This document shows, piece after piece, positions 19,590 to 29,229 of a stretch of DNA of 64,000 nucleotides. How positions within the stretch are numbered: position 1 is the first letter of the stretch; every line of letters begins with the position of its first letter. The translations under genes were made by a program, and so were the position numbers. Below the pieces are notes generated by a model that was given only the letters and a program-made list of their open reading frames with translations, was not told the origin of the DNA and made no database searches. This DNA is from Truepera sp. (GTDB taxonomy: Bacteria > Deinococcota > Deinococci > Deinococcales > Trueperaceae), in NCBI GenBank assembly GCA_965218435.1, contig CBDCKW010000009.1:2976001-3040000 (forward strand), in the 5' to 3' direction.

Positions 19590-20582
19590 CTACCGGTATT
19601 TAGAAAACTGCGAGTGACTTCTGAACCAGGCGTCCCGAGCTTTGGTCCAAACGGACTTGTCGGTAGTTACAGTGAAGCAGGTAGGGCTGTCTTTTTTAAG
19701 TGACTCGAGATAACGCTTGTCGCCACCGGTATAGACGACGGTATTTTTGTTGCCCCGGCAGGCACTTTCATTAAGCGGGTTGCTGTCAATCCCCGGATTC
19801 TTACCAGGGTCCATATGGCGAACATTTTTAGGCAGTAAGAAGACGTTGTTTTTAAGTGTAAGCTTGCAACCGGGCTCTCTAGTTCTCACAGTCCATTTCC
19901 ATACGGCGACGCTGCGTTTGGCGTCCATTGCAATCAGACTATTTTCGATGGTAAGCGACTGACCTTTAATGGTCTTGGTTTCTTTGCGGCAAGAAACCCC
20001 CATAAAAGCACTGTCAATTAAGACGTTGCTGACCCGGCCACTGTTGTTCCGGTCGTTTTCGATCCCGTCGTCACCGGCGTGCTTGACATAAGAATCGCGG
20101 AAGGTCCAGTTGGGGTTGTTATCTTTCCAAGTGATACCATCGCCCGTATTAAGAACTGCCACATTTTCAACAATGGCGTTTGGGGTGTTATATAGGCGAA
20201 AAACTGGGGATCCATGATAAACGTTCCACGAAGCACTAAGGCTAAGACCAATGTCATAGACACCACCCGAGAGGCAAAAAGAACCTTTGTTATCGTTGCT
20301 GAGAAAAGCGGGTGGACCGCCCACCATCTTCGCGTTCCGCGCGTCAACACGGGCGTTGCTCTGGCGGCTTACCACCACAGTCTTACCGTAAGTGCCGCTT
20401 AATTTAATAAGTTTGCCGCTGCTGTTCAAGCACGAGCTTGCTTGAGTTGCTAAAGACGTTTCGGGAACCTGGGGCTCGAGGCCGCTGTTACAAGCTGCTA
20501 AAAATACCAGAACGCTTACAAGTGCAAGATACGAGGCCCGGGTCCACACTTTTGTCCCCTTGGCGTTGACGGTGTTTTTCAA
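19590..20582 (-). CDS. Secreted lipoprotein, probable right-handed parallel beta-helix (pectin lyase-like fold)
   Basis: Lipobox LAAC; Asn-rich repeats (IVENV, TFRDS, RVSNV, TIENS, TLKNN) with GDGI/DDGIEND turns; Lys-rich, visibly lower GC than its flanks. Confidence 0.65.
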   Translation of the reverse strand: MKNTVNAKGTKVWTRASYLALVSVLVFLAACNSGLEPQVPETSLATQASSCLNSSGKLIKLSGTYGKTVVVSRQSNARVDARNAKMVGGPPAFLSNDNKGSFCLSGGVYDIGLSLSASWNVYHGSPVFRLYNTPNAIVENVAVLNTGDGITWKDNNPNWTFRDSYVKHAGDDGIENDRNNSGRVSNVLIDSAFMGVSCRKETKTIKGQSLTIENSLIAMDAKRSVAVWKWTVRTREPGCKLTLKNNVFLLPKNVRHMDPGKNPGIDSNPLNESACRGNKNTVVYTGGDKRYLESLKKDSPTCFTVTTDKSVWTKARDAWFRSHSQFSKYR

Positions 20583-20599
20583 TGTGTTTTGTCCTTTCG

Positions 20600-20768
20600 A
20601 TCAGGCCACAATCGGCCCGCGCAACTCATTACCGAGTTGCGTTAGAGATGGGAAACACGCGTCCACTCGCAAGTGGCTACACGTAACCTTCTACTTGTTA
20701 CGCGCTGCGCGTTTCTTGACGTCAACAAATTGTAATTAATGTTTGAGGGGAGGCCATCCGCTCTAACG
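20600..20768 (-). ncRNA. Candidate structured cis-regulatory 5' leader (family unknown)
   Basis: Nested complementary stems (see findings); TACCTT -10 element 6 nt upstream of the first paired base. Confidence 0.45.
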
Positions 20769-21176
20769 AAGCTAAAGGTATCCTAGGCAAATATTAAAAT
20801 TGTTAAGTGTTTATGAGCAAAAAATGAAAGATGCAATAACGAAAGTTCATGCGTAAGGGAAATTCGACGCTTTTCCTCCTCAAATTGGCTCTCATAGAAA
20901 GTCCGGGAAGTAGCGAATCACGCCGATTTTGCAGGTCTTTTTGGCAAATGTGCTTGGATAACCATGCCAATTTGTTGTGCAAAGCATTTGGTTAGTGTTT
21001 CCGGTCACCCTTGGCAGTTTAGAAATGGCGAATAAAACGCCCGACTACAGCGGTGAAGATTTGGCTGCTTATATATTCGGCGTGGTCTTATCGGGGTATC
21101 TGGAAAGGACCACCTAAAGCTGTGCCTACGCTACTGGAGCCTTGCTTTGAGTTAGCATAAACGTGAGGGGGTAACT

Positions 21177-22157
21177 ATGGCTGAACCTGTCCGCTGGGGC
21201 ATTTTAGGAACGGGTAACATCGCTCGGCAGTTTGCCGGAGGGCTCGCTGAGTTGCCGGACGCTCAGCTCGTTGGGATCGGCTCGAGAACTCTCGAGACGG
21301 CCCAAGCTTTCGCCACGACGTTTGGCGCTGCTCACGCTCACGGCAGCTACCACGCGTTAGCCGCAGACCTGGATATAGACGTGGTTTACATTGCGACGCC
21401 GCATACCCTGCACGCTGAAAATAGTCTGCTCTGTTTAGAAGCGGGCAAAGCGGTGCTTTGTGAAAAGCCCTTTACCCTTAACGCGGCTCAGGCACAGACT
21501 GTGGTAGACAGCGCCAGGGATAAAGCATTATTCCTGATGGAGGCGATGTGGACGCGCTTTTTTCCACTGTTTAAGACGCTTCGTGACCTTCGAAAGGGAC
21601 AGATCGGAGAACCCAGACTTTTACAGGCTGACTTTGGGATTGTAAGTCCGGTAGTCCAGAACCGCCTCTTTGACCCGGCTTTGGGAGGTGGGGCGCTGCT
21701 CGATGTGGGCGTCTATCCGGTCTCGCTCGCGTCGTACTTGTTAGGTACGCCGACGGCGGTCTCGAGCCGCGCCCACTTAGGCGCAACGGGCGTTGATGAA
21801 CAAAATGCCGTTATCCTAGAGCATCAGGGCGGCGCACTCGCGGTTCTCAGCTCGGCGATTCGCGCAGAAACGCCGCAAGAGGCGCTCATCGTGGGAACAG
21901 AAGGGAGCATCCGGGTGTGCGCTCCGTGGTGGCAACCCACGAGGATAATTTTAGCGAATAAAGACGGCGAAGAGACGTTTAGCTCGCCTCTCCCACACAA
22001 CGGGTACGCGTACGAGGCCGCCGAGGTCATGCGTTGTCTGAGAGAGGGGTTGCTCGAGAGTCCTCTCATGCCGTTAGCTGAAACGCTCAGTATCATGCAC
22101 ACACTCGATACCTGCCGCACTCAGTGGGGGCTGCGTTATCCAGGGGAATCCGAGTAA
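21177..22157 (+). CDS. Gfo/Idh/MocA-family oxidoreductase
   Basis: WGILGTGNIA, LCEKP, EAMWTRF and GGGALLDVGVY motifs. Confidence 0.92.
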   Translation: MAEPVRWGILGTGNIARQFAGGLAELPDAQLVGIGSRTLETAQAFATTFGAAHAHGSYHALAADLDIDVVYIATPHTLHAENSLLCLEAGKAVLCEKPFTLNAAQAQTVVDSARDKALFLMEAMWTRFFPLFKTLRDLRKGQIGEPRLLQADFGIVSPVVQNRLFDPALGGGALLDVGVYPVSLASYLLGTPTAVSSRAHLGATGVDEQNAVILEHQGGALAVLSSAIRAETPQEALIVGTEGSIRVCAPWWQPTRIILANKDGEETFSSPLPHNGYAYEAAEVMRCLREGLLESPLMPLAETLSIMHTLDTCRTQWGLRYPGESE

Positions 22158-22163
22158 ACGTAG

Positions 22164-22463
22164 TTAGCGCCCTGTAGGAGTTGCCGCGGCGTCTCCGACG
22201 ACCGTTGTCCAAGGGCGTACACGCCACGCAGTTACGAGTCCGCCGCGGACATACGGGTCAGCTTCGGCGAACCGCTCGGCAACCTCGGGCTTGTCACCTT
22301 GAAAAAGTAACACGGCGCTGTCTACCGGGTCGGTCAGTGCGCCAGCTAAGATCAGCTTGCCCTCAGCTTGAGCGTCCCAAGCGAGGCGGAGGTGCTCGGC
22401 GCGAAACTCACTGCGGCGCTCGAGGTAATCCGGGGCCAGGTCGTAAAAAAGGAGATAGTGCAT
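22164..22463 (-). CDS. YciI-family protein
   Basis: R.EHL...AGAL...FAEADPYV.GGLV..W.VRPW pattern. Confidence 0.88.
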   Translation of the reverse strand: MHYLLFYDLAPDYLERRSEFRAEHLRLAWDAQAEGKLILAGALTDPVDSAVLLFQGDKPEVAERFAEADPYVRGGLVTAWRVRPWTTVVGDAAATPTGR

Positions 22464-22466
22464 TCC

Positions 22467-23483
22467 CTACCCTACCGCCGCCGGGACACGTCTGGGTTTG
22501 CGGAAAGTGATATTTTCCCACTCGCCGTGTTCAACAACCTCTAAAGCTCTGTTTTGCGCTTGAAAATAGCTGACCAGCTCTTGTACCAGGTTGTCCGGCG
22601 TTGAGGCCGCCGAGGTGACGCCGACCGCACGTACCCCGCGGAACCATTCAGGTTGCAGGTCGGCGGCGCTCTCGATCCGTTTGGCGTTGCCGGTCAGGTC
22701 TTGGGCCAACTCCAGCAGCCGCATCCCGTTTGACGAGTAGTCACTGGTCACGACCAAAAACATGTCTACGTTGGGGGCGATCTTGCGCACCGCGTCCTGC
22801 CGGTTTTTGGTCGCGTAACAGAGATCGTCCGAAGGCGGAATGACGAGGGCCGGAAACCGGGTTTGGAGGATCGCAACCGTTTTGGCCACGTCGTCTACCG
22901 AGAGCGTCGTCTGGGTCAAGACGACGACCTTTTCGGGATTTGCGACAGTGACGGTCTCCGGGTCGGCCAAATCGGGGTCGTGTTTGCGGTTGCCGACGAC
23001 GCTCACCACCGTGGTCGCGTCCGGCGCTTCACCCTTGGTTCCGACGACCTCTTGATGGCGGCTCGAGTCCCCGATCAGCAAGATATGAAACCCTTCACGC
23101 GCATACTTTTTAGCTTCAGAATGAACTTTAGTCACGAGCGGACAGGTCGCGTCAATGGTCGCTAAGCCCAGCACCCGCGCACCCTGCCGGACGGCCGGAC
23201 TCACGCCGTGAGCGGAAAAAACCACCGTGTCGGCGAGCGGTTCACCGGAGGCTAGAGCCTTTTCCCTCAGCGGCCCCAGCTCACTGAGTTCTTCGACAAA
23301 GTGAACGCCGTGCTCGGCACCCAAACGCCCGACCACCGTATCGTTATGAACGATGGCGTGATAGACCGCCAGGCTCTCGCCGTGTGTACCGAGGTCCGCT
23401 GCGGCCTCCTCTACAGCCTGAATCGCCATCACCACGCCCGCACAAAAGCCTCGAGGTTTCGCTAAATAGAGCGTCTCAACCAT
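22467..23483 (-). CDS. ispH: 4-hydroxy-3-methylbut-2-enyl diphosphate reductase
   Basis: [33 protein letters not shown] and ASTP motifs. Confidence 0.96.
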   Translation of the reverse strand: MVETLYLAKPRGFCAGVVMAIQAVEEAAADLGTHGESLAVYHAIVHNDTVVGRLGAEHGVHFVEELSELGPLREKALASGEPLADTVVFSAHGVSPAVRQGARVLGLATIDATCPLVTKVHSEAKKYAREGFHILLIGDSSRHQEVVGTKGEAPDATTVVSVVGNRKHDPDLADPETVTVANPEKVVVLTQTTLSVDDVAKTVAILQTRFPALVIPPSDDLCYATKNRQDAVRKIAPNVDMFLVVTSDYSSNGMRLLELAQDLTGNAKRIESAADLQPEWFRGVRAVGVTSAASTPDNLVQELVSYFQAQNRALEVVEHGEWENITFRKPRRVPAAVG

Positions 23484-23501
23484 GCTTTACTATACCGGTC
23501 G

Positions 23502-24671
23502 CTAGCTTGCAGCCTCGTCAGGCGAGTTTTGAGCAGCTCGAGCGGCTTCTGCTTCATCTTTGCGTTCCGCCACCTCAGCAGCGGCGTCAGCGGTCGTCCA
23601 GCCCTGCGCTAGCGCGTGCTCGGCGGCGGCAGCGGTGTCTTGGGTCAACATCAGGGTGCTGCCGTCCGCCCCCAGCTTACGGGCAAGTTTTTGCACGCTC
23701 TCGCGCCGCTCGGCGTCCGCCACATCGCGGATATAGATGCCTAAAATACGCCCCGGAAAATCGTGTACGACTTCGTGATAGATTTCCGGGTCTTCTTGTC
23801 CGGAGTCGCCGATCAGGATAAAGGGCAGCTTTGGATACGTCTCTAAAATTTGGCGAATCGCCGCCTTTTTGTGCTCGCCGTGTGTGGTCGGTAACAGTTC
23901 GGTGGCGCTGACGCCCCAGTCGCGGAGCAAAATCGGGCCGAGCGGAATCCGGTTAAGTGCCAGAAACTCGGTCAGCACGTCGTAGAGGTTCCAGGGACTC
24001 GAGGACACGTAAAAAAGTGGGTTACGCGTCCCGGCACTGCCGCGTCCCAGCGCCTCGTAAAAGGCTGCGACACCCTCGAAGGGGAGCCGCGTATAGGCGT
24101 TGCCGAACAGCACCTGTTTAGCTAAACTGCGGAGGCTCGTCGCGCCGGTCTGCAGTACGGTGTCGTCAATGTCGCTGATGACGCCGAACTGCGCGTCCGC
24201 TGGGGGAATGAGGATAGACGCCTCGGCGCGGACCGGCGGGGTGCGTTTGGGATGGGTGAGCTCGAGCTCCAGCGTCAGCAGCTGATCGTCAGGTTCGACG
24301 TTAGAGACGGCTGACGTGGGCGGTTCTACCCCCGGAAGTTCAAGCCAGTGAGCGATATGCCCCTCTTCGTCGGTTTGTAACGGTGCCTGAAAATCCGGCG
24401 CAGCCGCCAACGTCACGAGCAGTTCAGCGTCCGCCACCTCACCGCTAAGGAAGCGTTTCCAAGTATTTTTGAGGTTGTCCCAAGCCGAGTCCTGCTCAGT
24501 TGCAGCGGCAATCCCCCTATCCGCTAACACGCGGCCCAAGACAAACGCCCGCCCCGGTACGCCGTAACCTAAGTAAGTTTGAATCAGCAAGCGGTCATCG
24601 TCGTCAACCCTTGAAAAAGCCCGGTCAACCTGCGTTTCGGCTTGGTAGATAAGTTTGTGCCAACGTGACAT
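23502..24671 (-). CDS. App1-family phosphatidate phosphatase (DUF2183), paralogue A
   Basis: VISDIDDTV, FYVSSSPWNLY and LIGDSGQEDPEIY motifs. Confidence 0.88.
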   Translation of the reverse strand: MSRWHKLIYQAETQVDRAFSRVDDDDRLLIQTYLGYGVPGRAFVLGRVLADRGIAAATEQDSAWDNLKNTWKRFLSGEVADAELLVTLAAAPDFQAPLQTDEEGHIAHWLELPGVEPPTSAVSNVEPDDQLLTLELELTHPKRTPPVRAEASILIPPADAQFGVISDIDDTVLQTGATSLRSLAKQVLFGNAYTRLPFEGVAAFYEALGRGSAGTRNPLFYVSSSPWNLYDVLTEFLALNRIPLGPILLRDWGVSATELLPTTHGEHKKAAIRQILETYPKLPFILIGDSGQEDPEIYHEVVHDFPGRILGIYIRDVADAERRESVQKLARKLGADGSTLMLTQDTAAAAEHALAQGWTTADAAAEVAERKDEAEAARAAQNSPDEAAS

Positions 24672-24704
24672 CTCAGCTCCAGCTCTAAACGTTATGGGAT
24701 GGTG

Positions 24705-25955
24705 TTACTTCTTCTCGCGCGTGGTTACTACGGTTACCGAGGCGCGCACCGTTTCAGAATCCGCTACAACTTGGGTCGGCTCGTTGGACGGCCCGAAGGC
24801 GGCGTCCAAAAAGGTTGTGTCGCGCTCTTTTTGGACGCGCACCTCCTCGAGCGCAGCCTCACCTATCCAGCCCTGGGTAAAGGCGTGTTGCGCGGCGGCT
24901 AAGGTGTCGCCGACCAAAACGAGCTGACTACCCTGCTCTTTAACACGCTGCGCGAGCGCCTCGACCGCGCCCCGCCGCGCCTCACCGCTGACGTTACGAA
25001 TATAGATCGCTAAAATACGCCCCGGATAATGCTCGACGATCTCACCGTAGATTTCGGGGTCTTGCTCCCCGGAGTCGCCGATCAAAATAAAAGGCAAGTC
25101 GGGAAAGGTATCTAAAATACGTTTGATCTCGTGCTGCTTAAACGCGCCGTGTTCACCCGGAAACAGCTCACCGGTACCGCCGCGCCAAGCCCGCAGGTTA
25201 AGGGGTCCTAACGGAATCTGTCCGAGGGTAAGAAACTCTAAGAGCAGGTCGTAAAGGTTCCAGGGACTCGACGACACGTAAAAGAGTGGGTTATGGGCCG
25301 CGCCGCGCCCCTGCTCGAGCGCCCGGTAAAAGGCCGCCACGCCGCGAAACGGTAGCCGCGTATGGGCGTTACCGAAGAGCACCGCACCTGCAACGCGCAC
25401 CCAGCGCGTGACGTCGGTCTGCACGACGGTGTCGTCCATATCGCTGATCACGCCGAACTGCGCGTCGGCCTCCGGCACGAGCACCCGCCCGACCGCCTCG
25501 TCTGCCTCGACGCCCTTTCGCTGGGGTGACAGCAGTGTATAGCTGACCTCGGCCCACCCCGCCGGAACCGCCTCAGGGAGCGTGAGACGCCCCTTAAAGT
25601 AGCCCTGCGCGTCAGCCCCCAGTTCTCCCTCCCCGCCCGGATAGACGACCTTGAGGCGGGCATTGGGCACTTTATCGCTGACAAACCGTTTGTACGTATC
25701 TGAAAAGTTGCGCCAGCGGCTCGCGTCGGGGGTTGCTAACGTAAGGCCCTTGTCTTCGATCACCCGGCCCCGGATAAAGAGCTCGGTCGGGGTTCCGAAA
25801 CTTAGGTAAGGCACGATTTCAAAGGGGCGCTTCGAACGGAAGCGGCCAAGCTTGCGGAAGGTTCTGAAGTCGCGCTCGAGACCCAGCACAAACCCGGTGA
25901 GCATTCTTTTCGCCCGCCGCACCACGCTTTGTGCCACCATAGCCCTAGCCACCAC
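24705..25955 (-). CDS. App1-family phosphatidate phosphatase (DUF2183), paralogue B; start uncertain
   Basis: VISDMDDTV, FYVSSSPWNLY and LIGDSGEQDPEIY motifs. Confidence 0.88.
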   Translation of the reverse strand: MVARAMVAQSVVRRAKRMLTGFVLGLERDFRTFRKLGRFRSKRPFEIVPYLSFGTPTELFIRGRVIEDKGLTLATPDASRWRNFSDTYKRFVSDKVPNARLKVVYPGGEGELGADAQGYFKGRLTLPEAVPAGWAEVSYTLLSPQRKGVEADEAVGRVLVPEADAQFGVISDMDDTVVQTDVTRWVRVAGAVLFGNAHTRLPFRGVAAFYRALEQGRGAAHNPLFYVSSSPWNLYDLLLEFLTLGQIPLGPLNLRAWRGGTGELFPGEHGAFKQHEIKRILDTFPDLPFILIGDSGEQDPEIYGEIVEHYPGRILAIYIRNVSGEARRGAVEALAQRVKEQGSQLVLVGDTLAAAQHAFTQGWIGEAALEEVRVQKERDTTFLDAAFGPSNEPTQVVADSETVRASVTVVTTREKK

Positions 25956-26207
25956 TCAAGGAGTCAGGGCGTTCCTGCTTACAAGCTCTCACGAACTCAA
26001 TATACTCGTTTCGGCGCAACGAAACGTTACTGAAATATGCAAATGGGGTCAGTCCCTATAACCCGAATAAGGTAGCGCGGAGGTTTGCCTTCGTACCTTG
26101 ACCATCACCGTCACCCCGTGATAGGCTTTTTTGCCTGGTGGTCAACGCCACGATAGGCCCAGGGCCGGTGCCCGTAGCCCAGACGTTCGGTTTAGAACCG
26201 TAACCGC

Positions 26208-26284
26208 GGGCGATTAGCTCAGTTGGTTAGAGCGCGTCGCTGATAACGACGAGGTCAGTGGTTCAAATCCACTATCGCCCACCA
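26208..26284 (+). tRNA. tRNA-Ile (GAT)
   Basis: GGGCGAT/ATCGCCC acceptor stem, D arm AGCTCAGTTGGTTAGAGC, anticodon arm CGTCG-CTGATAA-CGACG, GGTTCAAATCC T arm, encoded CCA. Confidence 0.97.
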
Positions 26285-26287
26285 TAG

Positions 26288-26312
26288 TCCCGCCGTAAAA
26301 AGCGGGATTTTT
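26288..26312 (+). terminator. Intrinsic terminator after the tRNA
   Basis: TCCCGC/GCGGGA stem followed by TTTTT. Confidence 0.75.
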
Positions 26313-26591
26313 GCTCTGTGGTTCTGTGTTTTGTGGCGGGGAGAGCCCGGTAGATGTCCAGCAATTTTCAGTCAGGGATGCGTAGCACGCGCTTTCAAAC
26401 TATCAAGCCGACCCAAGCGACTGCCAAGGTCGCGTAAGCTATGTCGGTTCGTAGGACTCGAGTGTCCCTAATCTGAGAGTTTCAAGTAGGGTCTGTACTT
26501 TTTAAGGCTCACGGTAAATATCAAGCGCGGCAGTTAGTCAATTCTGACCTGTCTACCGCGCCAGGTTTCTTGTTAACTCTTAGGCCAAGCT

Positions 26592-27572
26592 TTAAGCCGT
26601 CATCATACGCCGTCTAAGGCGGGGCCGCCACACCTTGAGGTACTGCGCCGTCACGTATGAACCGGCGACGAGCAGCGCGGCGGCGGACTGCGCAACGAGC
26701 CCCTCGACATTGGGAAATACCGCAAACCACATCCCCCACCACGCCGGGAAGTGAACGTTTAGCTCAGTCGTCGGCAGCCAGTGCGCGAGTTGCAATTCTT
26801 GCACGCTTTCACCGACCATCACGATCAGCACGGCACCTAACATCACGCCGGTTAAAACCAGCATTTTTTTGTACGGCAGATGCTGATGCATGACAAAGGT
26901 CAGCACGGCGACGATAGCGGTTAAAAAGAGGCCGATGGCGACACCTTGTAAAATAGCGCTGCCCCCCGCTCTAAGCCGTAAATTTTGCAAAAACAACACG
27001 ACTTCAAAACCTTCACGGTACACCGCGGTAAACCCGAGCAGCAGCAACCCGCCGAAGACACCTCTCGAGGTTCCTGCGGTCGTCAATTCCTGTTTGCGGC
27101 GGTTGTGGTGCGAAATCCAGCCGGTCCAGTAGATTTTGTGAAAAAACCAGTTCATGATAATGAGCAAGACGACTATCGCCAAAAGTCCGGTGGCGGCCTG
27201 AATGTCGAGTTCAGACAAGGGGATAATAGAAATCAGCGCGACGACTAAAAACCAGGTGGCGAGCGTCGCTAACAGCGAAAGCCCGGAGCCCAGCGCCACC
27301 GGTTTCCAGTACGCTTGCTGTTTGCGCACCATACTTGCAGTGATGGCGGCTAACACCAAAATCGCCTCTAAACCTTCCCGAAAGACCAAAATTCCGGTGT
27401 TAACCACCGCAGTCGTGGCGCTCAGGTTGGCGGCGCTGGGGTCGGGGTTACCCTCGGCGGTCACACCCTGCCACACGAGCACACCGAAAACGAGCAGTGC
27501 GCCTAAAACGACGAACACGTTAAAGGCAGGGTTTTGCCGACTGCTGGGCTTGGCCAGGAGTTTAGTTCGCAT
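26592..27572 (-). CDS. FTR1/EfeU-family iron permease
   Basis: Two REGxE motifs (REGLE, REGFE) in a multi-TM protein. Confidence 0.9.
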   Translation of the reverse strand: MRTKLLAKPSSRQNPAFNVFVVLGALLVFGVLVWQGVTAEGNPDPSAANLSATTAVVNTGILVFREGLEAILVLAAITASMVRKQQAYWKPVALGSGLSLLATLATWFLVVALISIIPLSELDIQAATGLLAIVVLLIIMNWFFHKIYWTGWISHHNRRKQELTTAGTSRGVFGGLLLLGFTAVYREGFEVVLFLQNLRLRAGGSAILQGVAIGLFLTAIVAVLTFVMHQHLPYKKMLVLTGVMLGAVLIVMVGESVQELQLAHWLPTTELNVHFPAWWGMWFAVFPNVEGLVAQSAAALLVAGSYVTAQYLKVWRPRLRRRMMTA

Positions 27573-27624
27573 AACGAAGCGTCCAACCTAGAGAAACCAT
27601 GACTCTCCTAAAACCGTAGGGGTC

Positions 27625-27647
27625 GGTTGTCAGCGGCGCTAACAACC
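27625..27647. promoter_or_regulatory. Inverted repeat just downstream of the FTR1 -10 box (putative repressor operator or leader hairpin)
   Basis: GGTTGTCAGC-GGC-GCTAACAACC; TATACT on the minus strand at 27656-27661. Confidence 0.5.
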
Positions 27648-27820
27648 CTTGCTGAAGTATAGAAGCGTTAAACCCGAGTGTCAAGGTCGGAAATGGAAAT
27701 CGGGTCGGGATGGAGGGTTAGACACCCACAGATAGACACCTGTAGAGACGTACCGCCTCAGGTAGAGCAGCGCCGTCAAACTAACTCTGCGCATCTCTAC
27801 GTAACTTGCCCACCCACGGC

Positions 27821-29020
27821 TTAACTACCAAAAACAGCGCGTTTACCGCCCAGCTCGAGGTCAACGGTCACTACACTACCGCCTCGCTGAACTTCTACGG
27901 CGACCGTCTGCCCGACCTGCCTGCGGCGCAACACGCTGATGAGCGCCTCAGCAGTCGGCGTCCGCTCGCCGTCTACCGAGACGATGACGTCGGCGGCAAG
28001 CTGCATGTCATTAAACCCTTGGCTGAGCGCCGCGTCGTGCAAACCCGCCTTAGCCGCAGGACCGTTCGGCGCGACCTTGCCGACGATCACCCCCGGTAAG
28101 GGGCCAAGCTCGAGCCCATTCGAAACAGCCGGGTCGTAATCGGTCAGACCTTGCAAGCCGATCTCAAAACCGATCACCGGCACGTCGCGCTGCTCACCGG
28201 CGCGCAGCCCCGCCAAGACCGTACTGTCAGCAACAATAGGCACCGCGTAGGCGGCGTAACCGTCGTCCGGAAACAGCTGCCGCTCTAAAAGCGGCAACAG
28301 CCCCGGCCCCGACACCGTATGCGGCGGCGTAAAGGCGATATAACTGACGACGCCGACCGCGTTCCCGGACTCGTCTACAACCGGCCCCCCCGAATCGCCG
28401 GGGGCGAGCGCGGCGGTCAGCTCAAAGGTTCCGTCGGCAAAATTCGCCTGCACTGCCCGAACGTTTAAGCGGCGCACCTTCCCGGCGCGCCCCTGCAAAA
28501 AGTCGCCTCGGCTGTTGCCAATCGCCACCACGTCGCTGCCGACCACCGGCTCGAGTGGTGACACGTTTAGATAAGGCACATGTTTAGCGCCGACCGCCCG
28601 TAAGAGCGCGAGGTCGCGGTAAGCGTCAAAGCCGACGAGCTCGAGCCGGTAGCGTCGTCCGCCGGGGCTGAGCGCAGTCAACACTGCTTTACCGGGGAGG
28701 TTTGGGTCTACATCAACGACGTGATAAGCCGTCAGTACGAGACCGTCCGGCGAGATAAAAAAGCCGCTGCCAACGCCGAGCGGTGCGCCGGAAAAAGCCA
28801 GCAGGCTCGAGCCGACGTCAATTTGTAAGGTAGCCGGACGTTTTGTAACGAACGTTTTTAAGAGGCCCCCCCGAGGCGGCACTACGTCCGGCAGCTCCGG
28901 CACACTGTACTGCACCAAACTCGCTTCGCGGGGCGGCGCGGGGTAAAACTCATAAAAAGCGAAGGTGGCCGCGAGCAGCAGCAACAACAAAAGAAGTCGG
29001 AGCGGGTTCAAACGCCTCAT
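27821..29020 (-). CDS. HtrA/DegP-like serine protease with PDZ domain, N-terminally anchored
   Basis: GSGF, LTAYHVV, DLALL, PGDSGGP and a C-terminal PDZ (GPAAKAGL..D.IVSVDG). Confidence 0.9.
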   Translation of the reverse strand: MRRLNPLRLLLLLLLLAATFAFYEFYPAPPREASLVQYSVPELPDVVPPRGGLLKTFVTKRPATLQIDVGSSLLAFSGAPLGVGSGFFISPDGLVLTAYHVVDVDPNLPGKAVLTALSPGGRRYRLELVGFDAYRDLALLRAVGAKHVPYLNVSPLEPVVGSDVVAIGNSRGDFLQGRAGKVRRLNVRAVQANFADGTFELTAALAPGDSGGPVVDESGNAVGVVSYIAFTPPHTVSGPGLLPLLERQLFPDDGYAAYAVPIVADSTVLAGLRAGEQRDVPVIGFEIGLQGLTDYDPAVSNGLELGPLPGVIVGKVAPNGPAAKAGLHDAALSQGFNDMQLAADVIVSVDGERTPTAEALISVLRRRQVGQTVAVEVQRGGSVVTVDLELGGKRAVFGS

Positions 29021-29229
29021 AGGGAGTGTGGCACCTTTCGTGTACAGGCTCTGCCCAAACGCTTTTTGAAAAACCCCGAAAAGCGCACTGCTCGAGCACC
29101 TAAAGTAAGTGCAGCTTACCGCCCCGGAGGGCGCAGAACTGTCAGCTACCGGGCGAACGAAAGCTACCTATAACTTGACATCAGCTCGCGAGTATGAAAA
29201 AGTAGTTACACGTAACGAGCGTTTCATTT

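Noticed and set aside
20652..20680. Resemblance to the c-di-GMP-I riboswitch
   Set aside because: It lacks the GCAAA flanks, GAAA tetraloop and P3 receptor; kept only as an unknown structured leader
26208..26284. tRNA-Ile as an island or prophage attachment site
   Set aside because: No integrase and no duplicated tRNA 3' end were seen in the window
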